64,000 nt of DNA from an uncultured Verrucomicrobiae bacterium (GCA_963837955.1 CAWIPH010000002.1:352001-416000), one strand, 5' to 3'. Shown: positions 1 to 10,125, counted from the first letter of the stretch. The notes: a model not told the origin generated them from the letters alone. Translations and numbers: made by a program.

Positions 1-414
1 ATAGCCAAATCCAGATTGATCTCTTCGAAGACGCACGATTGATAGAATATCACTTGCGGATGGCTAGCCTGGAGCGCGTCCGTCTAGCATCCGGAGACTG
101 GCCGCGATTTGACGCGGACCCTGTTTGCTATGGCGACCAAGGAGGGCGCCCGAAGTTTGCGCTTACCCGTCGGAGATTTAGCGGTCGGACACCCCGCCGA
201 TTTCGTGGCGGTCGACTTGGATGATCCAAGTGTGGCTGGAGGTGAGCCCCATGCGCTTCTGGAACAATTGCTGTTTTCGCTGGAGCGAACCGCTGTGCGA
301 GAAGTTTTCGTCCAGGGCAAACCGATTATCGAAGAGGGTCGGCATCGAGATCAGACAGAGATCGTGGCTAAATTCACAGAGTTACAAAAACGGCTCTGGT
401 GTCAGGAGGATTAA
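1..414 (+). CDS. hutF: Formimidoylglutamate deiminase, 3' part (starts before window; apparent frameshift near 90-100)
   Basis: Frame 3 reads SQIQIDLFEDARLIEYHLR; frame 1 continues LFAMATKEGARSL...ADFVAVDLDD...VREVFVQGK, typical of the HutF amidohydrolase C-terminus. Confidence 0.75.
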
Positions 415-1535
415 TGAAAGGCGTGCACGAACTCTTAAGCGATTTGATCGCTATTCCCTCCGTTTCCGCCCAGAGCAATATTCCAGTCATCGATTACATC
501 GCCGAGACACTCGATTCGAAAATCTGGGACCTGCGCCGATTGCCATATTTCGATGCGGCTGGGATTCCAAAACAGAATCTGCTGGCGACAATGTATCCCC
601 ATTTAGACCAGCCCATCGAGCTGGCGCTAGTGTGTCACACCGACACCGTCCCGTACTCCGAAGACTGGGCGGAAGCAGTTTCGCCGGTCGTCCGAAACGG
701 CAACCTCTTTGGGCGCGGCGCGTGCGACGTCAAAGGGGCGCTAGCCTGTATCTTAAAAGCGGCGTTAGGATGCGCTGGAGAAGTGCGATCACTCGCTCTG
801 GTTTTCACGGCAGACGAGGAGGTCGGCTGTATCGGTGCAAAGCGACTCCTCGCGGAAAACCGGATTCGTCCGCGTTATTGCATTGTAAGCGAACCAACCC
901 AACTCCAGCCAATCATAGGTGGTAAGGGGTACGGACTTGGCGAGATCGTGGTCGAGGGGGCCGAGGCGCACAGCGCATTGCCTCATCTGGGCCGTTCAGC
1001 GATAATCGATGCGGCGCTCTTCATCGAGCGTGTAAAAAATTTGGCTGCGCAATTGGAGCAGGCAGAAAATGGAGCGTTCGATCCGCCGTTTACCACGCTT
1101 AATATCGGAATGATCCAGGGCGGAACCGCTAAGAACATTATTCCGGGAGAATGCCGGATGTTATTGGAGTGGCGTCCGGTGCCGGGCGAAGCGCCGGACC
1201 GTGTGCAAGCCGAGGTGGATCGGATTATTGCCGACCTGAAGCGCGCAGATGCCGGGTTTGCCGCGACGTTCACTGTGCTCCGCAACGATCCGGGTTTCGA
1301 GGCAAACCCCGGGAGTGAATTGGCCAAATGCGTCGAGCGTCTCGGTGGCGCCATCGCGACGACCGTTTCATTTGGAACGGAAGCACCGTATTTCAATCAA
1401 CTTGGAGCAGAGACGATCGTCTTTGGCCCCGGTGACATGGGAGTTGCGCATCGCAACGGCGAGCATGTTTCGTTGACCGAACTCGACCGCGGTACAGATC
1501 TTCTTGTTCAGCTCATTCGCGAGTTGTGCCGGTAA
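414..1535 (+). CDS. argE: M20 family deacylase, acetylornithine deacetylase-like
   Basis: HTDTVP, GRGACDVKG, DEEVGCIG, SEPT, GTEA and GPG..AH metal-binding motifs; ATG overlaps the hutF stop (TAATG). Confidence 0.85.
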   Translation: MKGVHELLSDLIAIPSVSAQSNIPVIDYIAETLDSKIWDLRRLPYFDAAGIPKQNLLATMYPHLDQPIELALVCHTDTVPYSEDWAEAVSPVVRNGNLFGRGACDVKGALACILKAALGCAGEVRSLALVFTADEEVGCIGAKRLLAENRIRPRYCIVSEPTQLQPIIGGKGYGLGEIVVEGAEAHSALPHLGRSAIIDAALFIERVKNLAAQLEQAENGAFDPPFTTLNIGMIQGGTAKNIIPGECRMLLEWRPVPGEAPDRVQAEVDRIIADLKRADAGFAATFTVLRNDPGFEANPGSELAKCVERLGGAIATTVSFGTEAPYFNQLGAETIVFGPGDMGVAHRNGEHVSLTELDRGTDLLVQLIRELCR

Positions 1536-1721
1536 GTAACAGGATCGGTTACGAGTGCCGGCAATAGGAGCCGGTCTGAAACCTGCTTCAGGCCGGTCGC
1601 AGTGGCGAAACAATCCGGCAAACCAGAAATCAACAGTCAGAGGGTATCAAGGGAATGGACAGGTAAGGTAACGAGAATTGAGGCACGGACGACATTAGCC
1701 ACCGGCCGGCGGACGGACGTA

Positions 1722-3224
1722 ATGTTGTTGTTGATTTTCGCCGCGTTACTTGCTTTCGGGTTGCCAGTAAAAGCAGCGGAACTTTCTTCCGCACCCGCAA
1801 CATCGGTGTTTCCGCGGCCTCTCCCTGAGTATCACGATGACGCCAGCCGCATCTTAATCACTAGGCTGCTCCATAGAGTCGAGGTGGAGCCGTTCAACCT
1901 CATCGCGACTGTTATCTTTTTCTGTGCAATCATCCACACCTTCCTGACTTCGACTTTTACGAGGATGGCTCGCAGGTATGAGCGCGAATTCGATGCCCTC
2001 GAAGTTCAGGAATTACATCCGGAGACCGGCAAGGTTGTCGCTAGGCAGAGGGATAAGCTTCAGTTCAGGGCGCAGCTTTTCGGCTTTATGGGAGAAGTCG
2101 AAGCAGTCTTCGGAGCCTGGTTAGTACCATTGTTTCTGGCGATTATCGTGATGAAAGGATGGCCGGCCTTAGTTACTTACAGCGCGAACGTAAACGCGGC
2201 GGAACCCATTTTCGTAGTGGCAATTATGTCCATGGCGAGCTCTAGACCGATCTTGAGGATCGCCGAACGAGGACTTGCCGCAGTGGCTGGGGTTGGTGGC
2301 TATGGTGCAGCCGCTTGGTGGATTACAATCTTGAGCCTTGGTCCACTGTTGGGTTCGTTTATTACTGAACCCGGCGCCATGACCATTTGTGCGTTATTGC
2401 TTCGCAACCGGATCTACAGTCTAGGTCCGAGTAAGGAGTTGCGTTACGCTACACTGGGCCTGCTATTCGTCGGAGTATCAGTTGGTGGAACATTGAGTCA
2501 CTTCGCCGCACCACCGGTGGTGATGGTGGCGAGTGTATGGCAATGGGATTTTTCTCACATGCTCACCAATTTTGGGTGGAAGGCAGCCTTTGGTATTTTT
2601 CTCGCAACCGCCGTCTATTTCTTTTGGTTTCGGAAAGAATTGTTTTCTCTGGCCCCGAAGCGGTTAAGGGACGTATATGACAGCCGCCCGATTCCGAAAC
2701 GAATCATGGTAATACATGTACTGTTTATGGGTTGGACAGTTGCCACCGCCCATTATCCGACGCTAGTGATCGTCAGTTTTCTGTTTTACCTCGCTTTTGT
2801 CCAGGCCACCGCCCGGCATCAAGAAAACGCTGCGATTCGCGCACCTCTCCTAGTGGGTTTCTTCCTTATTTCTCTCGTCTTTCATGGCACTTGCCAACAA
2901 TGGTGGCTGGAGCCGGTACTAGGTGGACTTGGTCAGTGGCCGTTGATGATCAGCGCGACGATTCTGACGGGCTTTAACGACAATGCTGCGATCACTTATC
3001 TTGCTTCGTTGGTGCCGAACTTTTCTGCAGAACTAAAATACGCTGTGATGGCAGGCGCCGTGACAGGTGGAGGATTGACCGTGATCGCGAACGCACCAAA
3101 CCCGGTCGGACAGGCGATTCTGGGCAAGGAATTTGGGGAGGGCGGCGTCTCTCCGCTGGGTCTATTCCTAGCGGCGGTCATTCCCACGGTGATAGTTGGC
3201 GCATGTTTCATGTTACTTAAGTAG
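1722..3224 (+). CDS. Putative Na+/H+ antiporter (DUF1504-type membrane protein)
   Basis: Multi-TM protein with GEVEAVFG, LLGSFITEPGAMT, DNAAITYL and GAVTGGGLTVIANAPNP motifs; start uncertain (1602 or 1722). Confidence 0.75.
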   Translation: MLLLIFAALLAFGLPVKAAELSSAPATSVFPRPLPEYHDDASRILITRLLHRVEVEPFNLIATVIFFCAIIHTFLTSTFTRMARRYEREFDALEVQELHPETGKVVARQRDKLQFRAQLFGFMGEVEAVFGAWLVPLFLAIIVMKGWPALVTYSANVNAAEPIFVVAIMSMASSRPILRIAERGLAAVAGVGGYGAAAWWITILSLGPLLGSFITEPGAMTICALLLRNRIYSLGPSKELRYATLGLLFVGVSVGGTLSHFAAPPVVMVASVWQWDFSHMLTNFGWKAAFGIFLATAVYFFWFRKELFSLAPKRLRDVYDSRPIPKRIMVIHVLFMGWTVATAHYPTLVIVSFLFYLAFVQATARHQENAAIRAPLLVGFFLISLVFHGTCQQWWLEPVLGGLGQWPLMISATILTGFNDNAAITYLASLVPNFSAELKYAVMAGAVTGGGLTVIANAPNPVGQAILGKEFGEGGVSPLGLFLAAVIPTVIVGACFMLLK

Positions 3225-3305
3225 GAACGAAAACCGTCTGGAACGAATCTGATTCTGTTCTTGATCGGCGATGAGATGATCTGGCATGACTTCCGACCCG
3301 GTTTC

Positions 3306-3962
3306 CTACTCCCTCTCGGCAACCCAGCGGATAGCGAAATGCTGAAGCTCCATGGCATTCCGGAAATTCATCTTTTCTTTGATTCTGGCGCGGTAGGTAT
3401 CGACCGTCGCAACACCAAGCTTCAGGTGTTCGGCGATGTCTCGACTCGTCCGGCCACGCCCAATCAAATCCAGCACCTGCAGTTCGCGATCGGTTAATCG
3501 ATCGACAGCACGGGGGCTAACTTTGACCCCGCCTGTCGTAAGGCCTTTCAGAAAGGTTGAAGTCATTTCTCCAGACAGATAAATCTTCCCTGCGAGAACA
3601 GATCGAACCGCCAGAAGGATCTGGGCAGCTTCTTGATTCTTTGTAATGTAGCCCATAGCGCCGGCTCGGAGTGCGCGCTCGGCATAAATCGATTCGTCAT
3701 GCATGGAAAGAACTAGAACCGGGACAGCGATCGAGAGCGCCTTTATGCTCTTAATCAGTTCCAGCCCGCTTGACGTTTTCAGCGTAATATCAACTATCGC
3801 CAGATTCGGTGAGGTTTCCCGAATGATTTGCAAAGCCTGTTGAGCTCCATCCGCTTCGCCACAGATTTCCATATCCTGCTCATGGTTGATAAGCTGACAT
3901 AGACGCTCTCGAAACAGCGGATGATCGTCGACTACTACTACCAAAGCCTTCCTGTTACTCAT
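3306..3962 (-). CDS. NarL/LuxR family response regulator
   Basis: VVDDHP receiver domain; LTDRELQVL...TVDTYRARIKEK LuxR HTH. Confidence 0.93.
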   Translation of the reverse strand: MSNRKALVVVVDDHPLFRERLCQLINHEQDMEICGEADGAQQALQIIRETSPNLAIVDITLKTSSGLELIKSIKALSIAVPVLVLSMHDESIYAERALRAGAMGYITKNQEAAQILLAVRSVLAGKIYLSGEMTSTFLKGLTTGGVKVSPRAVDRLTDRELQVLDLIGRGRTSRDIAEHLKLGVATVDTYRARIKEKMNFRNAMELQHFAIRWVAERE

Positions 3963-5007
3963 TTTTGACTGCTTGGGGAATTAGCCGGCGCTCTGTCCTG
4001 GTAGGTATGGTGCAAACGACCACCGTCCCGGTCGGCGAATTCGGTTGAATTTCGAGCTCTCCACCAATCATTCGGGCACGATAACGCATAATGCTGAGTC
4101 CCATTCCTTTTCTCTCGGTGTTGGATGGAATGAACCCGACACCATCATCGCTCACGCGAAGCGAACAGGCGCCATCACCAGCGTCGAGCGCAATTACTAC
4201 CGTTTTTGGGCGCCCGTGTGTCAGAGCGTTACTAACCGCCTCCTGAGCGATCCGAAATAGGTGAATAGCCGGTGCACTTTCTAGATTCGGAACCGGACTT
4301 GGACAGACAAAAGAACAAGAGATTCCGGTTAACTTAGCCGTACCAGACGCGAGTTCTTCCAGGGCCGACTCGAGGCCGCCTTCGTCTCGATCCACCGGCG
4401 AAAGGCCTCGGGCCAGCTCCCGAACTCGCGTCGCCGCGTCCCTGAGGTGACTGGCGACTTCTCCGATCCTGGAAGCATGGCTGGGAGAGGTTTTCTCAAG
4501 CTCCTGCTTTAACATCGAGGCCGTGAATCCGATTGCGGCCAAGTACTGACAGACGCCATCGTGGAGATCGCGGCCGATCCGTTGTTGTTCGCGCTCGCTA
4601 ATGTCGATGATTTCTTCTTCCAGCTGTTGGGAACGTTCCAGCAGTTCGATGCGAGAACGAGCTTCATCTCGTTGTCGTTTGACGCTCCGTCCAGCGAAGA
4701 GAACGAGACCGAAAAGCATTAGTCTAACTATCGCATCCCACAGCCGAAGCCACTCGCTGGAATAAACATGACCAACGGCTCTATCAACCGTCCACCAAGC
4801 GATGGTGCTCAGAACCGAAATGACGATAGCCGATGGCATATCGCCAAACCAAACCATTAGGAGAATCGGTATTGAGTAGAAGGGATAGATGGCAACTTCC
4901 GGTCCAGTAACGTAGTCGATGAATGCGATCACGATCGTCAGCGCGAGCGCTTGGACATAGAGCCAGGCACGGGGTTGCTGTTTCAGAAACTGGGCGAGTC
5001 GTTCCAC
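3955..5007 (-). CDS. Membrane sensor histidine kinase (HisKA_3 type)
   Basis: N-terminal TMs; EQQRIGRDLHDG H-box, QEAVSNA N-box, DDGVGF and GMGL G-boxes; overlaps the response regulator start. Confidence 0.92.
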   Translation of the reverse strand: MERLAQFLKQQPRAWLYVQALALTIVIAFIDYVTGPEVAIYPFYSIPILLMVWFGDMPSAIVISVLSTIAWWTVDRAVGHVYSSEWLRLWDAIVRLMLFGLVLFAGRSVKRQRDEARSRIELLERSQQLEEEIIDISEREQQRIGRDLHDGVCQYLAAIGFTASMLKQELEKTSPSHASRIGEVASHLRDAATRVRELARGLSPVDRDEGGLESALEELASGTAKLTGISCSFVCPSPVPNLESAPAIHLFRIAQEAVSNALTHGRPKTVVIALDAGDGACSLRVSDDGVGFIPSNTERKGMGLSIMRYRARMIGGELEIQPNSPTGTVVVCTIPTRTERRLIPQAVKNE

Positions 5008-5232
5008 TTAACTCACTAAGCGATGGGCCGGGCTAGAAATCAAATCCGGTTTGCGGGTAACCTGTTACGACGATGTAGCGAAATGCATTACATGCTAGTC
5101 CAGATATAGGTGACAACAAATTGTCCGCCGTGTATCATTTTTGGCTCGATTAGGAACAACCCTCTTTGAACGGCGCGATCGCTTAGCCGTTATCAACTAG
5201 CCTCGGTTCGTTTAGTTGTAGATTTCCTGATG

Positions 5233-5248
5233 TGGCACAGGCGCTGCT
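5233..5248 (+). promoter_or_regulatory. Sigma-54 (-24/-12) promoter upstream of amtB
   Basis: TGGCAC-AGGCG-CTGCT with canonical GG/GC spacing, ahead of a nitrogen-uptake gene. Confidence 0.65.
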
Positions 5249-5407
5249 TTAGCCCGTTTGGCACCGTTAGATGATCAGGTCAGAGCTCTAGCCGAGAAAG
5301 GACTAACCATTCTTCCTCGCCGGAGGGTTTTTCCTGCAGGTGTTAGGCACCAGTTAACCTAACCGTGATCCTTAACCAAAGTTAAAGCCACCCGGAACCT
5401 TCTCCAA

Positions 5408-7267
5408 ATGCTCGTGAATAGAAAGTTAATCAAATACGGAGCTCTTGCTTCCGTCCTCTGTCTTGTGGTCTTCGCGACCGATGCGTCGAAAGCCCAGAAT
5501 GCCAGCCCTACGGCATCTCCTGTCGCGGCTGCGTCTCCGTCGCCGACACCAGTCGGTCCGGATTCGACCGCTACAGCCAATAATGGTGGAACGGGTATCG
5601 ATCTGGCTTGGCCTGCTCCAGCGAAAACCGATCCCAAGACCAGTTTGAGTACCGGAGAGCCGACCGTCGATGACGCTGGCAAGGCAACGATCGGTGCAAA
5701 CTCAGAGCTCGTTAGGAACGTCGCTCATAACAAGATCTCGATTAACATCGTCTGGACTCTGGTCACCGGCTTCTTAGTTATGTTTATGCAGGCCGGGTTT
5801 GCCCTAGTCGAAACCGGACTCTGCCGGGCCAAGAGCGCGGCGCATGTGATGTCGACGAACTTTATGATTTACGGGCTGGGAATGCTCGGTTTCTGGATCT
5901 GCGGGTTCGCCATCATGTTTGGTGGATTCGGTGTCGCCCCCGGAGCAATTGGATCGCAACCATCGTTGGGCCAGGGGATCTTGCTGCTGAATAAAGAGTT
6001 AACGGTTCCTATCTTCGGCAAACCCTTCGGTCTCCTGGGCGGAACCGGTTTCTTTCTCGGTAACGATGTGTTCGATACCGCGATCTTTGCCCTGTTTCTC
6101 TTTCAGATGGTGTTCATGGACACCACGGCAACCATCCCTACGGGAGCCATGGCGGAGCGATGGAACTTCAAGAATTTCATCGTCTACGGCTTTTGGGTCG
6201 GCATGTTGCCATACGCCATATTTGGTAACTGGGTCTGGGGCGGCGGCTGGTTAGCTCAGCTCGGGTTAAACTTCGGCCTCGGCCACGGGCACGTCGATTT
6301 TGCCGGTTCCTCTGTAGTGCACCAAACCGGAGGCATGATCGCCTTGGCGGGAGCGTGGGTCATTGGGGCCCGGCTAGGGAAATTTGGGCCGGATGGCAAG
6401 CCGCGCGCGATTCCTGGCCACAACATACCGATGGTGATGTTAGGGACGTTCATTCTGGCCTTCGGATGGTTCGGATTTAACCCCGGTTCGACCCTTGCTG
6501 GTACCGACAACCGGATCGCGATTGTGGCTGTCAATACGATGTTGGCCTCCGCTTCCGGCGCGTTATTTACCATGCTTGTGATGATGTTCAAGACTGGTAA
6601 GCCAGATCCATCCATGATGTGCAACGGCATGCTGGCCGGTCTGGTCGCTATCACTGCGCCGTGTGCTTTTGTTAATTCACTCGGAGCAGTTATCATCGGC
6701 GCGGTAGCCGGTGTCTTGGTCGTCTTTTCAGTCTATTTCGTTGAGGGGGTTCTAAAAATTGACGATCCGGTTGGCGCAATTTCGGTGCATGGTACCTGTG
6801 GATCATGGGGAGTTCTGTCCGTCGGCCTCTTGGCTAACGGGAGTTACGGCCAAGGCTGGGGTGGTGTTCACAAGCTGATCAAAGATGGCGCGATGCAAAT
6901 CGTCGCCAACGACGGGGCTAAGGAAACCATAGACAAATTCAGTAAACTCCTAACTGATGGATGGAGCGATCAAGGTGTAACGGGCGTTCTTGGCCCTCTT
7001 TTCGGCGGAGCTTACAGCGATTGGGGCCAACTGGGAGCGGAGTTCACTGGGACTCTAACAAACTTCGTCTTCGTTACTTTGTTTGCGCTCGTCTGGTTCA
7101 AGGTTTCAAACTTGATTATTCCGCTGCGATCTAAGCATGACGACGAAGTCGAGGGCCTGGATTTGCCAGAAATGGGTGCCGAGGCTTATCCAGATTATCA
7201 GCTCACGGACAAGAGCTCTCCCTCGGTTACTCATCATGCACGCCGGGAACCGGCGATGACCAAGTAA
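5408..7267 (+). CDS. amtB: Ammonium transporter (Amt family) with long N-terminal signal/Pro-Ala-Ser-Thr extension
   Basis: FMQAGFALVETG, DFAGSSVVH, GWFGFNPGS, NGMLAGLVAITA and IDDPVGAISVHG motifs. Confidence 0.95.
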   Translation: MLVNRKLIKYGALASVLCLVVFATDASKAQNASPTASPVAAASPSPTPVGPDSTATANNGGTGIDLAWPAPAKTDPKTSLSTGEPTVDDAGKATIGANSELVRNVAHNKISINIVWTLVTGFLVMFMQAGFALVETGLCRAKSAAHVMSTNFMIYGLGMLGFWICGFAIMFGGFGVAPGAIGSQPSLGQGILLLNKELTVPIFGKPFGLLGGTGFFLGNDVFDTAIFALFLFQMVFMDTTATIPTGAMAERWNFKNFIVYGFWVGMLPYAIFGNWVWGGGWLAQLGLNFGLGHGHVDFAGSSVVHQTGGMIALAGAWVIGARLGKFGPDGKPRAIPGHNIPMVMLGTFILAFGWFGFNPGSTLAGTDNRIAIVAVNTMLASASGALFTMLVMMFKTGKPDPSMMCNGMLAGLVAITAPCAFVNSLGAVIIGAVAGVLVVFSVYFVEGVLKIDDPVGAISVHGTCGSWGVLSVGLLANGSYGQGWGGVHKLIKDGAMQIVANDGAKETIDKFSKLLTDGWSDQGVTGVLGPLFGGAYSDWGQLGAEFTGTLTNFVFVTLFALVWFKVSNLIIPLRSKHDDEVEGLDLPEMGAEAYPDYQLTDKSSPSVTHHARREPAMTK

Positions 7268-7287
7268 ATGACCTTCGCTATTCGATC

Positions 7288-7620
7288 ATGAGTTACCAAT
7301 CACTAGTCTTGGTCATTGTTTCCTTGTGTACGCTTGGGCTTGGATTTCAAGCCTGGCGCCTGACGAGTAGTAGATCGATCTTTTTGAACACTTTCGTCGG
7401 AAGCGGTGGCCTGCTGTTTGCAGCGTACCTCTGTTCGATACCAACCAGAGGAGACGCCGCCTACGTAATTCCTTTTATCGTGGCCATGTTATTTGGCGGT
7501 GGCGGACTGGGTGTGCTCTGGCGGAGCCGCAAAGAAAGCATCCTACGGTTGCCGTCGACCCTCCTGTTGGCGGTTGCCGCTGCTTCGTTGTACGCAAGCT
7601 TTGCTGCCTATTCGACCTAA
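7288..7620 (+). CDS. Small hypothetical membrane protein (about 4 TM)
   Basis: Hydrophobic ORF 20 bp after amtB. Confidence 0.6.
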   Translation: MSYQSLVLVIVSLCTLGLGFQAWRLTSSRSIFLNTFVGSGGLLFAAYLCSIPTRGDAAYVIPFIVAMLFGGGGLGVLWRSRKESILRLPSTLLLAVAAASLYASFAAYST

Positions 7621-7920
7621 TCGACAAAAACATACACTTTGAATCGACCTTGAGACTGGCTTGAGGCTGATTCATGTCTAGGAAATCAGGGCCAGCCTTG
7701 GGTTAGTAGGGCTCGAGGCTGGTCTGGTTCTTTATCAGCGTGCGGCGAATCGAATCCCCGCGTTTCGGTATGCCGGCAGTTCGGTAATGACCTCGAGCAC
7801 CGAAAGGATCAAGAGCACCAACCACAACCGCTTAGAGATCGGACGACCACGATAATATGCGCCAGTAATTATCGTTAGAACCAAGGTGACATTGGCGGAG
7901 CCACCGAGAAGCCTGCGGGG

Positions 7921-8166
7921 TCAAACCTTTGCTTGGGTCGCCAGTTTGATAACAAAAAGAATAAGCGTAGTGCCACAGGCTAAAATGGCGAGCCCATTTA
8001 AAGCGTAAGAGAAGATCAGGTAACCTTGCGAAAACTCAGGATCAGGGAAGAAAAGATTCTTCCAGAGACCCTGCAATCCCCATCCGAATCCTACCAGCGC
8101 TACAATGGCAACCGGCCAAGTAGTACCGGCTTTTTTCTTGGGAGGCTGCTGATCTCCGGAACTCAT
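7921..8166 (-). CDS. Small 2-TM hypothetical protein, paralogue of 8233-8475
   Basis: MSSGDQQPPKKK..WPVAIVAL aligns end to end with the neighbour. Confidence 0.7.
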   Translation of the reverse strand: MSSGDQQPPKKKAGTTWPVAIVALVGFGWGLQGLWKNLFFPDPEFSQGYLIFSYALNGLAILACGTTLILFVIKLATQAKV

Positions 8167-8232
8167 TCGTGAGACCGAGCCTAGAGTACGCAATATCTAG
8201 TGACAATGTTATAATGTTGGTGCTCGCCGCAA

Positions 8233-8475
8233 TCAGAACTTTCCCTCTCTGGCCGCTTTAAGGAGAAGGAAAATTGCACCGCCACAGCCTAGAACCGCGA
8301 TCCCATCTAAAACGTACGAGAAGCTCAGGTAACTTTCTGAAACCTTAGGATCAGGAGAAAAAAGGTCCTTCCAGAGATTGTCCAACCCGAATCCTAGTCC
8401 GATCAGCGCCGCGATTGCGATCGGCCAACTGATACCAGGCTTCTTTCTTGGGGGGCCCTGATCTCCGGGACTCAT
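8233..8475 (-). CDS. Small 2-TM hypothetical protein, paralogue of 7921-8166
   Basis: MSPGDQGPPRKK..WPIAIAAL; shared upstream motif ACAATGTTATAAT (+ strand). Confidence 0.7.
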   Translation of the reverse strand: MSPGDQGPPRKKPGISWPIAIAALIGLGFGLDNLWKDLFSPDPKVSESYLSFSYVLDGIAVLGCGGAIFLLLKAAREGKF

Positions 8476-8707
8476 GCTGATCTGAGCGTAGAGCAGTCTG
8501 CTCTAGCCACAATGTTATAATCTTTGCGCGTATCCTGTAACCGTTACAAAGACACAAATGTGTCAAAGGTAAAGGGCAGGGCGAAACCCGACTCCGCAAG
8601 GCCTACGTCGCGGCCAGCTCTACGGTGTCGCTTAAACTCGGAACTCGGGCGCGCCGAAGCTCGCGAAGGTGGCTCGACTCCGCCCACTTGTTCCCAAGAG
8701 ACGAAGA

Positions 8708-8969
8708 AACGTTGAAGCAATCAATCCCGGAGGGATCCAATGAAAGTAGAAGCCCAGTACGAAGTGCTGGGAACTTATGCAAAAAGAGACGTCCGTCCCG
8801 GCAGGGACGATAGAAGTGTTTTGGCTCCCAGTCCTCTCGTATGCAGCTTCACCAGCGCAAGGAGCCGTCGATCGTCCCGTCCGGGACGGATCTTTTTTTT
8901 AACGCCACCCCAGCACTTCGTACTGGGCTACTTTCGCTGGATCCCTCCGGGATTGATTGCTTCAACGTT
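8708..8969. repeat. Long palindromic REPIN/MITE-like element
   Basis: Perfect 32-bp terminal inverted repeat (8708-8739 / 8938-8969) plus nested IRs 8751-8771 / 8909-8929 and ~8792-8811 / ~8871-8890. Confidence 0.85.
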
Positions 8970-8976
8970 GGAACAT

Positions 8977-10125
8977 CTACCGAAACCGGCGAAAAAAAGT
9001 ACGGATGTCCTTGGCCAAAAGTTCAGGCTCTTCTGCGGCTGCGAAGTGACCTCCGCGGGGCATATCGGTCCATTGTTGAATATTGTAACCCCGCTCGATC
9101 CACGCACGAGGAGGAAATAGTAATTCCTTTGGAAAATGGGCAATCGCGCATGGCACCTGAACGAAGTCGGCCGGCCCGAATTGCAGAGGCGCTTTTCTCC
9201 CTTCGAAATACATCCGAAAAGAGGAATGGATCGTCTCGGTCATCCAGTAGAGCGTCACATTGGCCAACAGTTCATCCCGCGAGAACCTGTTATAGAGATC
9301 GCCGTCGCAATCGGACCATTCGCGAAACTTTTCCAGTATCCACGCCGCTAACCCCGCTGGAGAATCGTTGAGGCCATAAGCTGCAGTCTGAGGGCGTGTT
9401 CGCTGGAGGTGTGCATAAGCACCGTTCTCGTCGTACCGGCGGGGTATCTCCTTGAGAAACTCTTCTTCCACCGGCGCCAGCTCTGTTCCTGGCTCCAGGC
9501 TGGGCCCGAATGATCCGGGGACAAAGTTTAAATGAATCCCAATGATTCGCTGAGCATGACGCAACCCTAAGATGGTAGTTACACTAGCTCCTAGATCGCC
9601 TCCCTGCGCGGCAAAGCGGCCGTATCCCAATTCTTCCATGAGCCGTACCCACAACTCGGCGGTGCGAAACAGGTTCATGCCGCGGTGGCTTGGTCGATCC
9701 GAAAAGCCGTAACCTGGTAAGGATGGGACGATGACATCAAACGAGTCCGCCATGTCCCCGCCATGGGCTGCCGGATTGGTCAGCAGTGGGATGATTCGCA
9801 TCATTTCCAGAAAAGATCCGGGCCACCCATGGGTCAGGATTATGGGAATCGGGGCTGGACCTTTTCCTCGCTCATGAAGGAAATGGGTTCGTACGCCATC
9901 CGACGAGTACCGGTAATGATGGAAGGCTGAGAGTTGCTCCACCTGCGCTTTCCAATCAAACCGCTCTCTCCAGTAGCCACAAATCTCCTGGAGAAACCGA
10001 AGATCGAACCCGTACGCCCAACCGGAATCAGGTATCTCATCCGGCCAGCGCGTTTGGTCCAGTCGAACGCGAAGATCGTCGACCGCCTGCTGCGAGAAAG
10101 GGATAGAAAACGGTTCCAGAGCCAT
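8977..10125 (-). CDS. Epoxide hydrolase (EHN + alpha/beta hydrolase)
   Basis: HGWPGSF, PSLPGYGFS, QGGDLG nucleophile and GGHFAAAEEP motifs. Confidence 0.93.
   Translation of the reverse strand: MALEPFSIPFSQQAVDDLRVRLDQTRWPDEIPDSGWAYGFDLRFLQEICGYWRERFDWKAQVEQLSAFHHYRYSSDGVRTHFLHERGKGPAPIPIILTHGWPGSFLEMMRIIPLLTNPAAHGGDMADSFDVIVPSLPGYGFSDRPSHRGMNLFRTAELWVRLMEELGYGRFAAQGGDLGASVTTILGLRHAQRIIGIHLNFVPGSFGPSLEPGTELAPVEEEFLKEIPRRYDENGAYAHLQRTRPQTAAYGLNDSPAGLAAWILEKFREWSDCDGDLYNRFSRDELLANVTLYWMTETIHSSFRMYFEGRKAPLQFGPADFVQVPCAIAHFPKELLFPPRAWIERGYNIQQWTDMPRGGHFAAAEEPELLAKDIRTFFRRFR

Noticed and set aside
85..110. Programmed frameshift in hutF
   Set aside because: No slippery run; scattered single-base indels elsewhere suggest assembly error or decay
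5260..5400. Riboswitch in the amtB leader
   Set aside because: No recognisable conserved aptamer by eye; would need an Rfam scan
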